A DNA stretch of 64,000 bases, from positions 1,096 through 65,095 of the forward strand of contig CATJWN010000038.1 in the NCBI GenBank assembly GCA_949745595.1, written 5' to 3'. This DNA is from an uncultured Clostridia bacterium (GTDB taxonomy: Bacteria > Bacillota > Clostridia > TANB77 > CAG-508). This document shows positions 1 to 10,094 of this stretch, piece by piece. The position numbers and the translations under genes are program-made. The notes below the pieces were generated by a model that was given only the letters and a program-made list of their open reading frames with translations, was not told where the DNA came from and made no database searches. How positions within the stretch are numbered: position 1 is the stretch's first letter; every line of letters starts with the position of its first letter.

Positions 1-827
1 ATTGTATAGAAGTCGCTCTCAAAGCTCTCGTCAACCGTCAGACTAAAGTCATCACTAAAATAGTGAATGACCTGTCTTCCGGTCTTGGTGAACTCTGCCG
101 AGTTGGTCCAGTCGCAGACGAACTCGTCATGAGACCAGTCGCAGAAGTATAGCTTGCCGTCAGAACCGTAGTCATAATCGAGGGCATCCTTAGTGATAAG
201 GTCACAGATTTTGCTCTCAAAATTGTAGACGAACAGGTAACTGTCAGCTGAAATGATGGCCCGCTTATCGTTCTGTTCAAGAACGTTGGCATACCATATA
301 GAGTGAGGCAGGTCGATGTCGAGATAGTAGCGAGTGACGCTTCCATCAATTTTTTCGCATTCCAAGAAAAAGAGATGCTCGGTATGCATGACGAAAGTGC
401 CAAACTTCATCTCGCCATTGATAAGTGCCTGTGTGCCTACCGAGGAATCGTATTCATAGTTTTTGTAGTCATTCTCGGTGAAGAACGCAACATGATATGT
501 CTTATTGACCGTATTGCCCTCTTTATCGGTGTAGTCCTTGGTGTAGTCGGCCATAATCCCATTATAGCCATCAGGCGTAAAAGGGATGTAGTTGGTCACA
601 ACATCGACAGACCACGTGGTCGGACTTGCAGGCGCTCTCCCAATCAGATTGGGAATGCTGGGATTCGGAACGTAGTCCGCAAGATCAACAGTGACAGTCT
701 CACTCACATACGGTGCAGGTTTGGCGGTGGGCTCGGAAGCAGCAGGGTTGCTGATATCTGAAGCTCCGCAGGCGGTAAGGCTACTAATAAGCAGCAGGGA
801 CAGGATCAGGCTAATGATGTTTTTCAT
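1..827 (-). CDS. Putative lipoprotein, C-terminus cut by the window edge; GC-rich and compositionally foreign
   Basis: Reverse-strand ATG at 827, with GAGG about 10 nt upstream. The N-terminus MKNIISLILSLLLISSLTAC-G is a signal peptide plus lipobox Cys. The frame stays open to position 1, so it is absent from the ORF track (no stop in window). Codons are mostly G/C-ending, unlike the rest of the window. Confidence 0.6.
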   Translation of the reverse strand, partial: MKNIISLILSLLLISSLTACGASDISNPAASEPTAKPAPYVSETVTVDLADYVPNPSIPNLIGRAPASPTTWSVDVVTNYIPFTPDGYNGIMADYTKDYTDKEGNTVNKTYHVAFFTENDYKNYEYDSSVGTQALINGEMKFGTFVMHTEHLFFLECEKIDGSVTRYYLDIDLPHSIWYANVLEQNDKRAIISADSYLFVYNFESKICDLITKDALDYDYGSDGKLYFCDWSHDEFVCDWTNSAEFTKTGRQVIHYFSDDFSLTVDESFESDFYT

Positions 828-1060
828 AGCTTTTTTACCTCTTTCTTCTTTTTTCAAAATTTTCAGTTGTCAAGGTACGATTAGACACATGCACAAGTGA
901 GTTTGTATCTCTCACGCTAATAAGAGTGTACGTCCGAAGTCGAACGTGCTTTAACACAAATGCATAAATCTACATATATATTATACCAAATTATGGAAGG
1001 AAAGTAAAGAATTTGCAAGTAGTTATGTAAACAGCAAAAATTAAAAATAACAGTTTTTCG

Positions 1061-1089
1061 TTGACAAAGAATATAAACTGTGTTATAAT
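1061..1089 (+). promoter_or_regulatory. Sigma-A-type promoter for rplU-rpmA
   Basis: TTGACA (1061-1066), a 17-nt spacer, then TATAAT (1084-1089) with TGT immediately upstream (extended -10). About 100 nt of leader follows before the rplU RBS AAGGAGG. Confidence 0.6.
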
Positions 1090-1190
1090 ATCAATCTGTA
1101 GACTGCTTAACTATGGTTCAGAAAGTCTGATTAAGTTTAGATACCATATTTTTGGAGTTAGCGAGTATACGAAAAGGAGGTGCATTTTAA

Positions 1191-1550
1191 ATGTACGCAA
1201 TTATTGAGGCTTGTGGAAGACAATACAAGGTAGAAGAAGGAATGACAGTTTACTTCGAAAAATTAAATGAAGAAGAAGGAAAAAAAGTTACTTTTTATAA
1301 AGTAGTTTTGATTTCTAATAATGGAAAAGTAGAAGTAGGAACACCTGTTGTTGAAGGAGCTAAAGTTGAAGGAAAAGTAGTTTCTAATGGTAGAGGCAAA
1401 AAAGTTTTAGTTTACAAATACAAAGCTAAAAAGAATGAAAGAAGAACAAGAGGACACAGACAAGACTACACTAAAGTAGAAATTACATCAATTAAAACAG
1501 CTGCTAAAAAATCTACAAAAACAGAAAAAGCTGAAAAAGTAGAAGCTTAA
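1191..1550 (+). CDS. rplU: 50S ribosomal protein L21 (bL21) with a Lys/Ala-rich C-terminal tail
   Basis: The N-terminus [17 protein letters not shown] is the canonical L21 start. Strong RBS, and the gene is followed by rpmA. Confidence 0.95.
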   Translation: MYAIIEACGRQYKVEEGMTVYFEKLNEEEGKKVTFYKVVLISNNGKVEVGTPVVEGAKVEGKVVSNGRGKKVLVYKYKAKKNERRTRGHRQDYTKVEITSIKTAAKKSTKTEKAEKVEA

Positions 1551-1596
1551 TTTAAAGAGAATATAAAATTTTAAAACCGAGAGGAGTGAATCTTAA

Positions 1597-1854
1597 ATGG
1601 CACACAAAAAAGGTCAAGGTAGTGTTAAAAACGGAAGAGACAGTGAGTCAAAGAGACTTGGTGTAAAAAAATCTGATGGACAAATTGTAAAAGCTGGAAA
1701 TATTATAATTAGACAAAGAGGAACTAATGTACACCCAGGAACTAATGTTGGAATTGGTAGTGATGATACATTGTTTGCTTTAGCTGATGGAAAAGTTAAA
1801 TTTGAAAGAAAAGGTAAAGATAAAAAACAAGTTAGCGTATATCCAGCAGAATAA
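1597..1854 (+). CDS. rpmA: 50S ribosomal protein L27 (bL27), with no N-terminal propeptide
   Basis: [24 protein letters not shown] is the canonical L27 N-terminus. RBS GAGGAG upstream. Confidence 0.95.
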   Translation: MAHKKGQGSVKNGRDSESKRLGVKKSDGQIVKAGNIIIRQRGTNVHPGTNVGIGSDDTLFALADGKVKFERKGKDKKQVSVYPAE

Positions 1855-1872
1855 TAAATTATAAGTAAGTAG

Positions 1873-1905
1873 AAAACTTTTAGTAAAACTAAAAGTTTTT
1901 TATTT
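1873..1905 (+). terminator. Rho-independent terminator after rpmA
   Basis: aaaacttttagt / actaaaagtttt form a 12-bp stem with a 3-nt loop, followed by a T-run. Confidence 0.6.
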
Positions 1906-1975
1906 TTCTTATTGAAAAATAAATTTGTATATGTTTTAATAAGTATATAACTACAAACTTTTAAGGAGGACTTTT

Positions 1976-3142
1976 ATGAGAGACAATAAAATAATATCTA
2001 TATTACTAATTATATTAGTAGTGATAGTACTTGGAGCATTAGTTTTTTTCGGTGTTAAGATGTTAGGTAAAAATTCAGCTGAAAATGATAATAAAGGGCA
2101 AGCTTCACAAAATGGAGAAGTAGAAAATGCAGAGGCACCTATTCTTGATTTAAGTTTAAGCACAACAGAGCCAGATCAAGAAGAAGTTGTAATATATGTA
2201 ACTGCTACACCTGGTGAAGGTGATGAAGGAATTGATTATATTTTACTACCAGATAAATCAGAAATTTCTTCTGATACTAAAGATTATACAGTTACAGAAA
2301 ATGGAACATATACATTTGAAGTATATGGTTTAAATGGTTATTCAACAGTGGAGAAAATTGAAGTTACAAATATTAGACAAGCATCTTCTGAGCATCCATA
2401 TATACCAATAGGATTTGAAGAAGTAGGGGGAGAAGTTGCAGACGGATATGTTATTCAAGATTCTTTTGGTAATCAATATGTTTGGGTGCCAGTACCTTCT
2501 GGAATATTAACTCGAAATACAATGATGAGTACTGACTATACAGAGTCAAATTCTGCAGCAACAGCTTTAGTAAACAGTGTTGCTAAGAATTATGGTTTCT
2601 ATATTGCAAGATTTGAAGCTAGTTCTTATGAAAAAGATGGTGTTAGAGTTGGAGCAAGTGTAGGAGATAAAATCCCTTGGACAGATATAAGTTTTAGAGA
2701 TGCGGAAACAGCTGCTTTTGAATCAGCAAACGTTTTTGGTTATGAAGATGCAGCCACTTCTTTAATAAGTAGCTATGCTTGGGATACAACACTTAGTTGG
2801 ATAGAAGAAACTGTTCCAAATTATTCTTCAAATACAAGTTATGGAAATTACTCAGGAACTATTTATCCAACTGGTTCAACTGAAAGCGATCAAATGAATC
2901 ATATTTGCGATTTAGCTGGAAATGTTAGAGAGTGGACTACTGAGGAATATGATCAAATAGGAGGACAGACTACTAAAAAGAAAACAAGTAAGAAAAATTC
3001 TGCTAATAGTGATGATAGTATTAACAGAGTTGTTCGTGGCGGAAGTGCAAGCTTAAATAAAATTGCTAGTAGTAGAAATGGATATCCTGAAGAATTAACA
3101 GATGAATATTGGGGCTTTAGAATGGTATTGTATAAAAAATAA
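1976..3142 (+). CDS. Membrane-anchored protein with a C-terminal SUMF1/FGE-sulfatase-type (DUF323-like) domain
   Basis: N-terminal TM helix (IISILLIILVVIVLGALVFF). The C-terminal motifs NVREWTTEEY...RVVRGGSA...YWGFRMV are typical of the formylglycine-generating-enzyme fold. Confidence 0.55.
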   Translation: MRDNKIISILLIILVVIVLGALVFFGVKMLGKNSAENDNKGQASQNGEVENAEAPILDLSLSTTEPDQEEVVIYVTATPGEGDEGIDYILLPDKSEISSDTKDYTVTENGTYTFEVYGLNGYSTVEKIEVTNIRQASSEHPYIPIGFEEVGGEVADGYVIQDSFGNQYVWVPVPSGILTRNTMMSTDYTESNSAATALVNSVAKNYGFYIARFEASSYEKDGVRVGASVGDKIPWTDISFRDAETAAFESANVFGYEDAATSLISSYAWDTTLSWIEETVPNYSSNTSYGNYSGTIYPTGSTESDQMNHICDLAGNVREWTTEEYDQIGGQTTKKKTSKKNSANSDDSINRVVRGGSASLNKIASSRNGYPEELTDEYWGFRMVLYKK

Positions 3143-3283
3143 ATTAAATGTATGGGGGTTTGTAAGAATCCCCTTCTTTTTATGTATAGATATTTTTTGA
3201 TGTTCACACTATTCTACTTGCAAAAGTTGACAAAACATTATATAATATATAAATCAATTTAAAGAAAGGGAGAGACGCAAATT

Positions 3284-5701
3284 ATGAGTTATAATTTTAA
3301 AGAAGTAGAAAGAAAATGGCAAGAAAAATGGTACAGAGAAGGTACATTTAATGCAAAAGATGATTACACAATGAAAAAGTGGTATGGTCTTATTGAGTTC
3401 CCATATCCATCTGGTCAAGGTTTACATGTAGGTCACCCAAGAAGTTATACAGCACTTGACATTATTGCTAGAAAGAAAAGAATGGAAGGATATAATGTTT
3501 TATATCCAATAGGTTTTGATGCGTTCGGACTCCCTGCCGAAAACTATGCTATTAAAAATCACGTACATCCTAAGATTACAACAGAAAATAATATAAATCA
3601 TTTTAGAGAACAATTAAAAGCATTGGGCTTTTCTTTTGATTGGTCAAGAGAAGTAGATACAACTGATCCAGATTATTATAAATGGACACAATGGATATTT
3701 ATTCAGTTATATAAAAATGGCTTAGCATATAAAGCTACAATGCCTATTAACTTTTGTACAGGTTGTAAAGTAGGTTTAGCTAATGAAGAAGTTGTAAATG
3801 GCGTTTGCGAAAGATGTGGAAGTCCAGTAGTTCAAAAAGAAAAATCACAATGGATGCTTGGAATTACCAAATATGCACAAAGACTTATAGACGATTTAGA
3901 TGATATTGATTTCTTAGAGAAAATAAAAATTCAACAAAGAAATTGGATTGGTAGAAGTGAAGGAGCAGAAGTAAACTTTAAACTTACAGAAGGAGATGAT
4001 AGCTTACTAATTTATACTACAAGACCAGATACTATTTTTGGTACAACATATATGGTAGTTGCCCCTGAGCATCCTCTAATTGAAAAATATGTTGATAAAA
4101 TTACCAACTTAGATGAAGTTAAAGCTTATCAAGGGAAAGCAGCTTTAAAATCTGATTTTGAACGTTCAGAAATGAACAAAGATAAAACAGGTGTTGAAAT
4201 AAAAGGAATTAAAGCTATAAATCCATTAACTAACGAAGAAATACCAATTTGGGTTTCTGACTATGTATTAATTACTTATGGAACGGGTGCAATAATGGGT
4301 GTTCCAGCACATGATGGTAGAGATTTTGACTTTGCTAAAAAATTTAATTTACCAATTATCCCTGTTATTAAACCAAAGGGTGGAGAAGAACCAAAAGAAC
4401 TTGAAGAAGTTTTGGCAGAAGATGGAATTGCTATTAATTCGGATTTTTTAAATGGTCTAGAAACTAAAGAGGCTATTCAAAAAGCAATAGAATATATTGA
4501 AGAAAATAAACTAGGAGAAAGAAAAGTAAATTATAAACTCCGTGACTGGGTATTTTCTCGTCAAAGATATTGGGGAGAGCCAATACCAATGGTATATTGT
4601 GAAGATTGCGGATGGAATCCAATTCCAGAAGAAGAGTTACCACTTAAATTACCAGAGATACAAGATTATGAACCTAGTGAAAATGGAGAATCTCCACTTG
4701 CAAAACAAATTGAATGGATTAAAACAAAATGTCCTTGCTGTGGTAAAGATGCAAGAAGAGAAACGGATACTATGCCACAATGGGCAGGTTCTTCTTGGTA
4801 TTTCTTAAGGTATATGGACGCTCACAATGATAAGGAATTGGCTTCAAAAGAAGCTATGGAATATTGGGGACCAGTTGATTGGTATAATGGTGGTATGGAG
4901 CATACAACACTTCACTTATTGTATTCAAGATTTTGGCATAAGTTCTTATATGACATAGGAGTGGTACCTACAAAAGAACCATATCAAAAACGTACTTCAC
5001 ATGGTATGATACTTGGAAGCAATGGCGAAAAAATGTCTAAATCAAAAGGCAATGTTGTTAATCCAGACGATGTTATAAAAGAGTTTGGTGCAGATACTTT
5101 TAGAGTTTACGAAATGTTTATGGGACCATTTGACCAAACAGCACCATGGTCAGTAGAAAGTATCCGTGGCTGTGGTAAGTTCTTAGATAGAGTATGGAAT
5201 TTACAAGATATTTTAGTAGATGGAGACGAATATTGTCCTAAACATGAAAAAATGATGCATAAAGCAATTAAAAAAGTTTCTTCAGATATAGAGGAAATGA
5301 AATTTAATACTGCTGTTGCAACATTCATGACTATGATAAATGAGTTCTATAAAGATAAAGAAATTAATAAAGCAGAGTATAAGACTTTCTTACATTTATT
5401 AAACCCATTTGCACCACATATGACAGAAGAGTTATATCAAATGTTAGGTGAGAGCAAGACTATTGCTGAAACTGCTTGGCCAAAATATGATGAAGCAAAA
5501 ACTATAGATGATGAAATCGAGATACCAGTTCAGTTAAATGGAAAAGTAAAAGATGTAGTTAAAGTAGCAAAAGATGCTGAAGAAGCAGTCGTAAAAGCAG
5601 CAGTAGTGGCTAGCGAAAATGTACAAAAAGCATTAGAAGGCAAAACTGTAGTTAAAGAAATTTATGTAAAAGGCAAAATATATAATATTGTAGTAAAATA
5701 A
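3284..5701 (+). CDS. leuS: Leucine--tRNA ligase
   Basis: 805 aa. Contains the HIGH-type motif ([16 protein letters not shown]), a KMSKS motif ([10 protein letters not shown]) and CP1/zinc Cys pairs. Confidence 0.95.
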   Translation: MSYNFKEVERKWQEKWYREGTFNAKDDYTMKKWYGLIEFPYPSGQGLHVGHPRSYTALDIIARKKRMEGYNVLYPIGFDAFGLPAENYAIKNHVHPKITTENNINHFREQLKALGFSFDWSREVDTTDPDYYKWTQWIFIQLYKNGLAYKATMPINFCTGCKVGLANEEVVNGVCERCGSPVVQKEKSQWMLGITKYAQRLIDDLDDIDFLEKIKIQQRNWIGRSEGAEVNFKLTEGDDSLLIYTTRPDTIFGTTYMVVAPEHPLIEKYVDKITNLDEVKAYQGKAALKSDFERSEMNKDKTGVEIKGIKAINPLTNEEIPIWVSDYVLITYGTGAIMGVPAHDGRDFDFAKKFNLPIIPVIKPKGGEEPKELEEVLAEDGIAINSDFLNGLETKEAIQKAIEYIEENKLGERKVNYKLRDWVFSRQRYWGEPIPMVYCEDCGWNPIPEEELPLKLPEIQDYEPSENGESPLAKQIEWIKTKCPCCGKDARRETDTMPQWAGSSWYFLRYMDAHNDKELASKEAMEYWGPVDWYNGGMEHTTLHLLYSRFWHKFLYDIGVVPTKEPYQKRTSHGMILGSNGEKMSKSKGNVVNPDDVIKEFGADTFRVYEMFMGPFDQTAPWSVESIRGCGKFLDRVWNLQDILVDGDEYCPKHEKMMHKAIKKVSSDIEEMKFNTAVATFMTMINEFYKDKEINKAEYKTFLHLLNPFAPHMTEELYQMLGESKTIAETAWPKYDEAKTIDDEIEIPVQLNGKVKDVVKVAKDAEEAVVKAAVVASENVQKALEGKTVVKEIYVKGKIYNIVVK

Positions 5702-5702
5702 A

Positions 5703-5727
5703 AAGCGGGCATAGCCCGTTTTTTTAT
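5703..5727. terminator. Bidirectional terminator between leuS and spoVAE
   Basis: gcgggc-ata-gcccgt hairpin flanked by an A-run and a T-run. Confidence 0.7.
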
Positions 5728-6099
5728 TGCTTTTTTATGTGTGGTTTTGAAACTAATGAAGCAATGTAACCAAAGAAAACAGCAGCAGCGATTCCGGCAG
5801 CAGCAGCAGTAGTTCCACCTGTGAAAGCTCCTAAAAATCCATTTTCTTTAATAGCATCTATTGCTCCTGTTGATAATAAGTTTCCAAAACCTGTAAGAGG
5901 AACTGTTGCACCACATCCTGCAAAATCTACTAAATGTTTATACCAACCAAGACCTCCGAAGAATAGCACCTACTGTAACATAAGCTACTAAAATTCTGGC
6001 AGGTGTTAACTTAGTTTTATCAATTAAGATTTGTGCTATAATGCATAAAATTCCGCCTACTACAAAAGCTCTTAATACCATCATCCAATCAATAGTCAT
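5724..6099 (-). CDS. spoVAE: Stage V sporulation protein AE (SpoVAC/SpoVAEB family); needs a +1 shift at in-frame CGG 5956-5958
   Basis: Starts at rc ATG 6099 (MTIDWMMVLRAFVVGGILCIIAQ...VTVGAIL). After the C is skipped it continues GGLGWYKHLVDFAGCGATVPLTGFGN. 375 nt after removing one nt. Lies downstream of spoVAD. Confidence 0.8.
5956..5958 (-). other. In-frame CGG / +1 shift site (spoVAE)
   Basis: Sense strand ctt CGG agg. The zero frame stops after 6 codons. Skipping the C gives GGA GGT CTT GGT TGG = GGLGW. Confidence 0.8.
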
Positions 6100-6154
6100 A
6101 ATTTAATCCTTTCTATATAAATACTACAACTCAAATTTAAAAATAAGCAAGTAT

Positions 6155-7159
6155 TTAAAGTTCTATTGAAATTGCGTGTGCTATTCCGGGAATACTCTCA
6201 CCTTGTTGGCTTGAAGTTGCATTCATAAGTGCTCCAGTTGCGACAAGAAGTACTTTATTTAACTTCTTATATTGTAATTGATTAAATATATATCCCGAAA
6301 ATACTGATGCTATGCAACCACAACCAGAACCGCCAGAGTGAGTATCTTGTTTATCTTTGTCAAAAATTAGCACACCACAATCATTATAGTTATTTTTGAT
6401 GTTGTATCCATGAGATTTTACTAAGTCAATTAGAATATCTTTACCAATATATCCTAAGTCACCAGTGAAAATTGCATCATAATAGTCTGGTGTTCTACCA
6501 GTGTCTTCAAAATGTCTAATAATAGTGTCTTCTGCAGCCCCAGCCATAGCACCACCCATGTTATTAGCATCTTTTATTCCCATATCAACTATTTTTCCGG
6601 GAGTAATAGAAGTAATAAATGGTCCTTGCCCAGTTTTAGATAGTATCATTGAACCTGCGCCAGTTACAGTCCATTGACTTGTAGGTGGTCTTTGATTTCC
6701 AAGTTCTAAAGGAAAACGAAATTGTTTTTCAGCACTACAAAAGTGGCTAGAACTTGCACATATCGCATTAGTAGCAAAGCCTCCATCAATTGACATAGAA
6801 GCAAGTATTGCACTTTCTACGAAAGTAGAACATGCACCAAAAACTCCGAAAAAAGGAATATTTGCGTCTCTTAGTCCAAAAGAAGAAGAGATACATTGAT
6901 TTAATAAATCACCTGCAAAACAAAAGTCAATATCAGCACTTGCTATTCCAGACTTTGCAAGAGCAGTAGCTACTGTTTCTTTTATAATTTTACTTTCTGC
7001 TTTTTCCCAAGTTGATTCTCCCCAAAATTCGTCTTCTAAAGTTTGATCAAAATATTTGTGAAGTGGTCCATCTTTTTCTTTAGGTCCAACGATACAAGCA
7101 GTAGAAGTAATATTTACAGGGTTAGTTAGCATAAAAGTTTGTTTCCCAACTTTTTTCAT
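6155..7159 (-). CDS. spoVAD: Stage V sporulation protein AD (thiolase-like)
   Basis: 334 aa. TSTACIVGPKEKDGPL...FAGDLLNQ is characteristic of SpoVAD, and the gene sits in the spoVAC-D-E order. Confidence 0.9.
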   Translation of the reverse strand: MKKVGKQTFMLTNPVNITSTACIVGPKEKDGPLHKYFDQTLEDEFWGESTWEKAESKIIKETVATALAKSGIASADIDFCFAGDLLNQCISSSFGLRDANIPFFGVFGACSTFVESAILASMSIDGGFATNAICASSSHFCSAEKQFRFPLELGNQRPPTSQWTVTGAGSMILSKTGQGPFITSITPGKIVDMGIKDANNMGGAMAGAAEDTIIRHFEDTGRTPDYYDAIFTGDLGYIGKDILIDLVKSHGYNIKNNYNDCGVLIFDKDKQDTHSGGSGCGCIASVFSGYIFNQLQYKKLNKVLLVATGALMNATSSQQGESIPGIAHAISIEL

Positions 7160-7169
7160 AATATCCTCC

Positions 7170-7623
7170 TTATACTAAAGTAATTGCTTGAGTATTAAAT
7201 AGCATATAAATTAGCCCAACGATAATACTAGTAGATATACCATATACAAGTACAGGACCTGCAACAGTAAACATTTTTGCTCCAACACCCATAACATAGC
7301 CTTCTGACTTGTATTCCATAGCAGGAGATACAATTGAATTTGCAAAACCTGTTATTGGAATAAGAGAACCTGCGCCAGCAAATTTTCCTATACGGTTGAA
7401 TACATTTAAAGCAGTTAAAAAGGCACTTAAAAATATAAGTGATATAGAAACGCTACTATAGCATAATTTTTCCTCTAAACCACGATATTTAAAAAATTCA
7501 AACATAATTTGACCGTAGCGCACAGATTAAGCCACCAACCCAAAAGGCATTAAAACAGTTTTTGAAAATTGGAGAATTTGGCGACTTATCTTCTACAAAT
7601 TTTTGATAATCTTCTTTATTCAT
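7170..7623 (-). CDS. spoVAC: Stage V sporulation protein AC; needs a +1 shift at in-frame CGG 7513-7515
   Basis: Starts at rc ATG 7623 (MNKEDYQKFVEDKSPNSPIFKNCFNAFWVGGLICAL), then GQIMFEFFKYRGL...; 453 nt after removing one nt. RBS AGGAGG. Confidence 0.8.
7513..7515 (-). other. In-frame CGG / +1 shift site (spoVAC)
   Basis: Sense strand cta CGG tca. The zero frame stops after 5 codons. Skipping the C gives GGT CAA ATT ATG = GQIM. Confidence 0.8.
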
Positions 7624-7632
7624 AAATCCTCC

Positions 7633-7878
7633 TTATAGACTATCTTGTTCATCATTAGTTGGAATTAAACTTGGGGCATTGTCTACTTGAAAAACAATGT
7701 CTAAGTCGACAAGATATTCTGAAATTTTTCCACCTTGTAAGTTTGCACGTTGCTCTAAAACAGTAATACTTGTTAAATGATTTAAAGTTTTAGAAGCTTC
7801 TTCTATACTTTTTACAATAGCATCCTTCCAAGATAAGTTTGAATAACCAGTTATTTTTATATGTTTTTCTGATTTCAT
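7633..7878 (-). CDS. Dodecin-family flavin-binding protein
   Basis: MKSEKHIKITGYSNLSWKDAIVKSIEEASKTL matches the dodecin pattern. I prefer the start at 7878 (RBS AAGGAGG 7 nt upstream) over the longer track ORF. Confidence 0.65.
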   Translation of the reverse strand: MKSEKHIKITGYSNLSWKDAIVKSIEEASKTLNHLTSITVLEQRANLQGGKISEYLVDLDIVFQVDNAPSLIPTNDEQDSL

Positions 7879-7997
7879 AAAATCCTCCTTAAAATGTAAA
7901 ATTTGTTTAAAAGTAATTTCCCCTAAAAAACATAAATTATTCATACAAAATACACAAATGATAAATAGAATAAGGTAAATATAAATAGGAGGAATTT

Positions 7998-9950
7998 ATG
8001 AATAACGAAAAATATTTAGAATTGTTAAGTAAGAAATATAAAAATACTCAAGAAGTAGCTGAAGAAATTATTAATCTTCAAGCAATCTTGAATTTGCCTA
8101 AAGGTACAGAATTATTTTTAAGTGATTTACATGGGGAATATGAAGCTTTTATTCATATTTTGAATAATGGTTCTGGAATTATTAAAAATAAGATAGAAGA
8201 CATTTATAGAAATTCTTTGACAGAAGAGGAGAGAAAAAATTTAGCGAGTCTTATTTATTATCCAGAAGAAAAACTTAAAATTATAAAAAAAGAGACAAAA
8301 AATCTTGAGGAATTTTATAAAATAATTTTGTACAGACTAATTCAAGTAGGCAAAGCCGTAAGTTCAAAATATACTCGTTCAAAAGTTAGAAAAGCAATTC
8401 CAAAAGGTTTTGACTATATAATAGATGAACTTTTGCATATGCAAGGCGAAGATAGTAATAAAGAAGAATATAATAAACAAATAATTGAAAGCATTATTGA
8501 CTTAAATAAAGCAGACGAGTTTATAGTTGTTATGTCTTCATTTATAAAAAGAATGGCAATAGATCATCTTCATATAATAGGAGATATTTATGATAGAGGA
8601 CCAGGTGCACCAATAATTATGGATAAACTTTTGGATTTTCATAGTTTAGATATAGAGTGGGGAAACCATGATGCTCTTTGGATGGGAGCTGCTTGCGGAA
8701 ATGCGTCTTGCATAGCTAATGTTATACGTATTTGTAGCAGATACGATAATTTATCTACTTTAGAAGAACAATATGGAATTAATATAAGACCGTTATCAAT
8801 GTTTGCGGCTCATGTATATAAAGATGACGATTGCAAATTGTTTTATCCAAAAAACAAAGAATCTTCAAGTAGATATAGTAATAGTGATAAAATTTCAATT
8901 TCAAAAATACATAAAGCAATTTCTGTTATTCAGTTTAAAGTTGAAGGAGAACTTATAAAAAAGCATCCTGAATACAAAATGAAAGATAGGCTTTTGCTAG
9001 ACAAAATCAATTTTGAAAAAGGAACAGTTACTATTATGGGGAAAGAATATAAGATGAAAGATTGTAATTTCCCAACTATTGATCCTAAAAATCCATATAA
9101 ACTAACTGACGAAGAAAAAGAAATTATGGAAAGACTAAAAAGCTCTTTTGAACATAGTGAAAAACTTGAAAAACACATTAATTTCCTATATTCGCAAGGT
9201 GGTATGTATGAAAATTACAATAATAATGTATTATTTCACGGATGTGTGCCAATGACTGAAGAAGGAGAGTTTGAAGCAGTAGAACTTATGGGTAAAAAAG
9301 CTAGAGGCAAGGAATTAATGGATAATATAGAAAATATTGCACATAAAGCTTTTTTCGGAAGTAAAGATGAAAATAGTGAAGCAGTAGACTTAATGTGGTA
9401 TTTATGGTGTGGACCTAAATCACCGTTATTTGGAAAAGACAAAGCTGCAACGTTTGAAAGGTATTTTTTGGAAGAGAAAGAATTGCATAAAGAAAATAAA
9501 AATTCATATTATAAGCTTATAGAAAACGAAGCAATATGCGACAAAATTTTAGAAAATTTTGGAGCCGATATAAAAGAAGGTCATATTATAAATGGTCATA
9601 TGCCAGTAAAGGCTAAAGATGGGGAAACTCCAATAAAAGCAGGAGGAAAGTATATCATAATAGATGGAGGATTTTCAAAAGCATATCAACCAACTACTGG
9701 TATTGCAGGTTATACTTTAAGCTATAATTCTAATGGATTAGTTCTTGCCGTAAATGAACCTTTTGAATCAAAACAAAAAGCAATTGAAGAGGGTAGTGAT
9801 ATAAAAAGTGAGATTATTCTTAAAGAGCATGTAGAGAAGAGAAAAAGAGTTGCAGATACTGATAATGGTAAGAAATTGCAAGAAGAAATTGCAGATTTAA
9901 AACAATTAATGTCAGCTTATAGGGAAGGCGTGATAAAGGAGAAAAACTAA
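7998..9950 (+). CDS. fbp: Fructose-1,6-bisphosphatase, class 3 (Firmicute type)
   Basis: 650 aa. Shows the metallophosphoesterase signature HIIGDIYDRGP...WGNHD and a family-typical length. Confidence 0.85.
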   Translation: MNNEKYLELLSKKYKNTQEVAEEIINLQAILNLPKGTELFLSDLHGEYEAFIHILNNGSGIIKNKIEDIYRNSLTEEERKNLASLIYYPEEKLKIIKKETKNLEEFYKIILYRLIQVGKAVSSKYTRSKVRKAIPKGFDYIIDELLHMQGEDSNKEEYNKQIIESIIDLNKADEFIVVMSSFIKRMAIDHLHIIGDIYDRGPGAPIIMDKLLDFHSLDIEWGNHDALWMGAACGNASCIANVIRICSRYDNLSTLEEQYGINIRPLSMFAAHVYKDDDCKLFYPKNKESSSRYSNSDKISISKIHKAISVIQFKVEGELIKKHPEYKMKDRLLLDKINFEKGTVTIMGKEYKMKDCNFPTIDPKNPYKLTDEEKEIMERLKSSFEHSEKLEKHINFLYSQGGMYENYNNNVLFHGCVPMTEEGEFEAVELMGKKARGKELMDNIENIAHKAFFGSKDENSEAVDLMWYLWCGPKSPLFGKDKAATFERYFLEEKELHKENKNSYYKLIENEAICDKILENFGADIKEGHIINGHMPVKAKDGETPIKAGGKYIIIDGGFSKAYQPTTGIAGYTLSYNSNGLVLAVNEPFESKQKAIEEGSDIKSEIILKEHVEKRKRVADTDNGKKLQEEIADLKQLMSAYREGVIKEKN

Positions 9951-10094
9951 CGAAAATTACGAAAGTATTACATTTGAATTACTATTTGGTAAAACCTATT
10001 GACCTTTTTGCTAAATATATATATAAATAACTTATATTAAATTTCCAATTTTATGGCAAATTGGAATATTTAAAATAACAAAGGAGAAATAGGT

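Noticed and set aside
38-900. Track ORFs 38-403(-), 303-761(+) and 691-900(+) in the GC-rich segment
   Set aside because: They overlap the much longer minus-strand lipoprotein frame (1-827), which has a clean signal peptide and lipobox. Their sequences are low-complexity or Arg/Gly-rich, as is typical of off-frame ORFs in GC-rich DNA. ORF 38-403(-) is exactly the +1 frame of the lipoprotein gene.
3143-3283. T-box riboswitch leaders upstream of leuS, serS (25989-26001) or gltX (23400-23890)
   Set aside because: The leuS and serS upstream gaps are too short. The gltX gap lacks the conserved T-box and specifier-loop consensus that I would expect.
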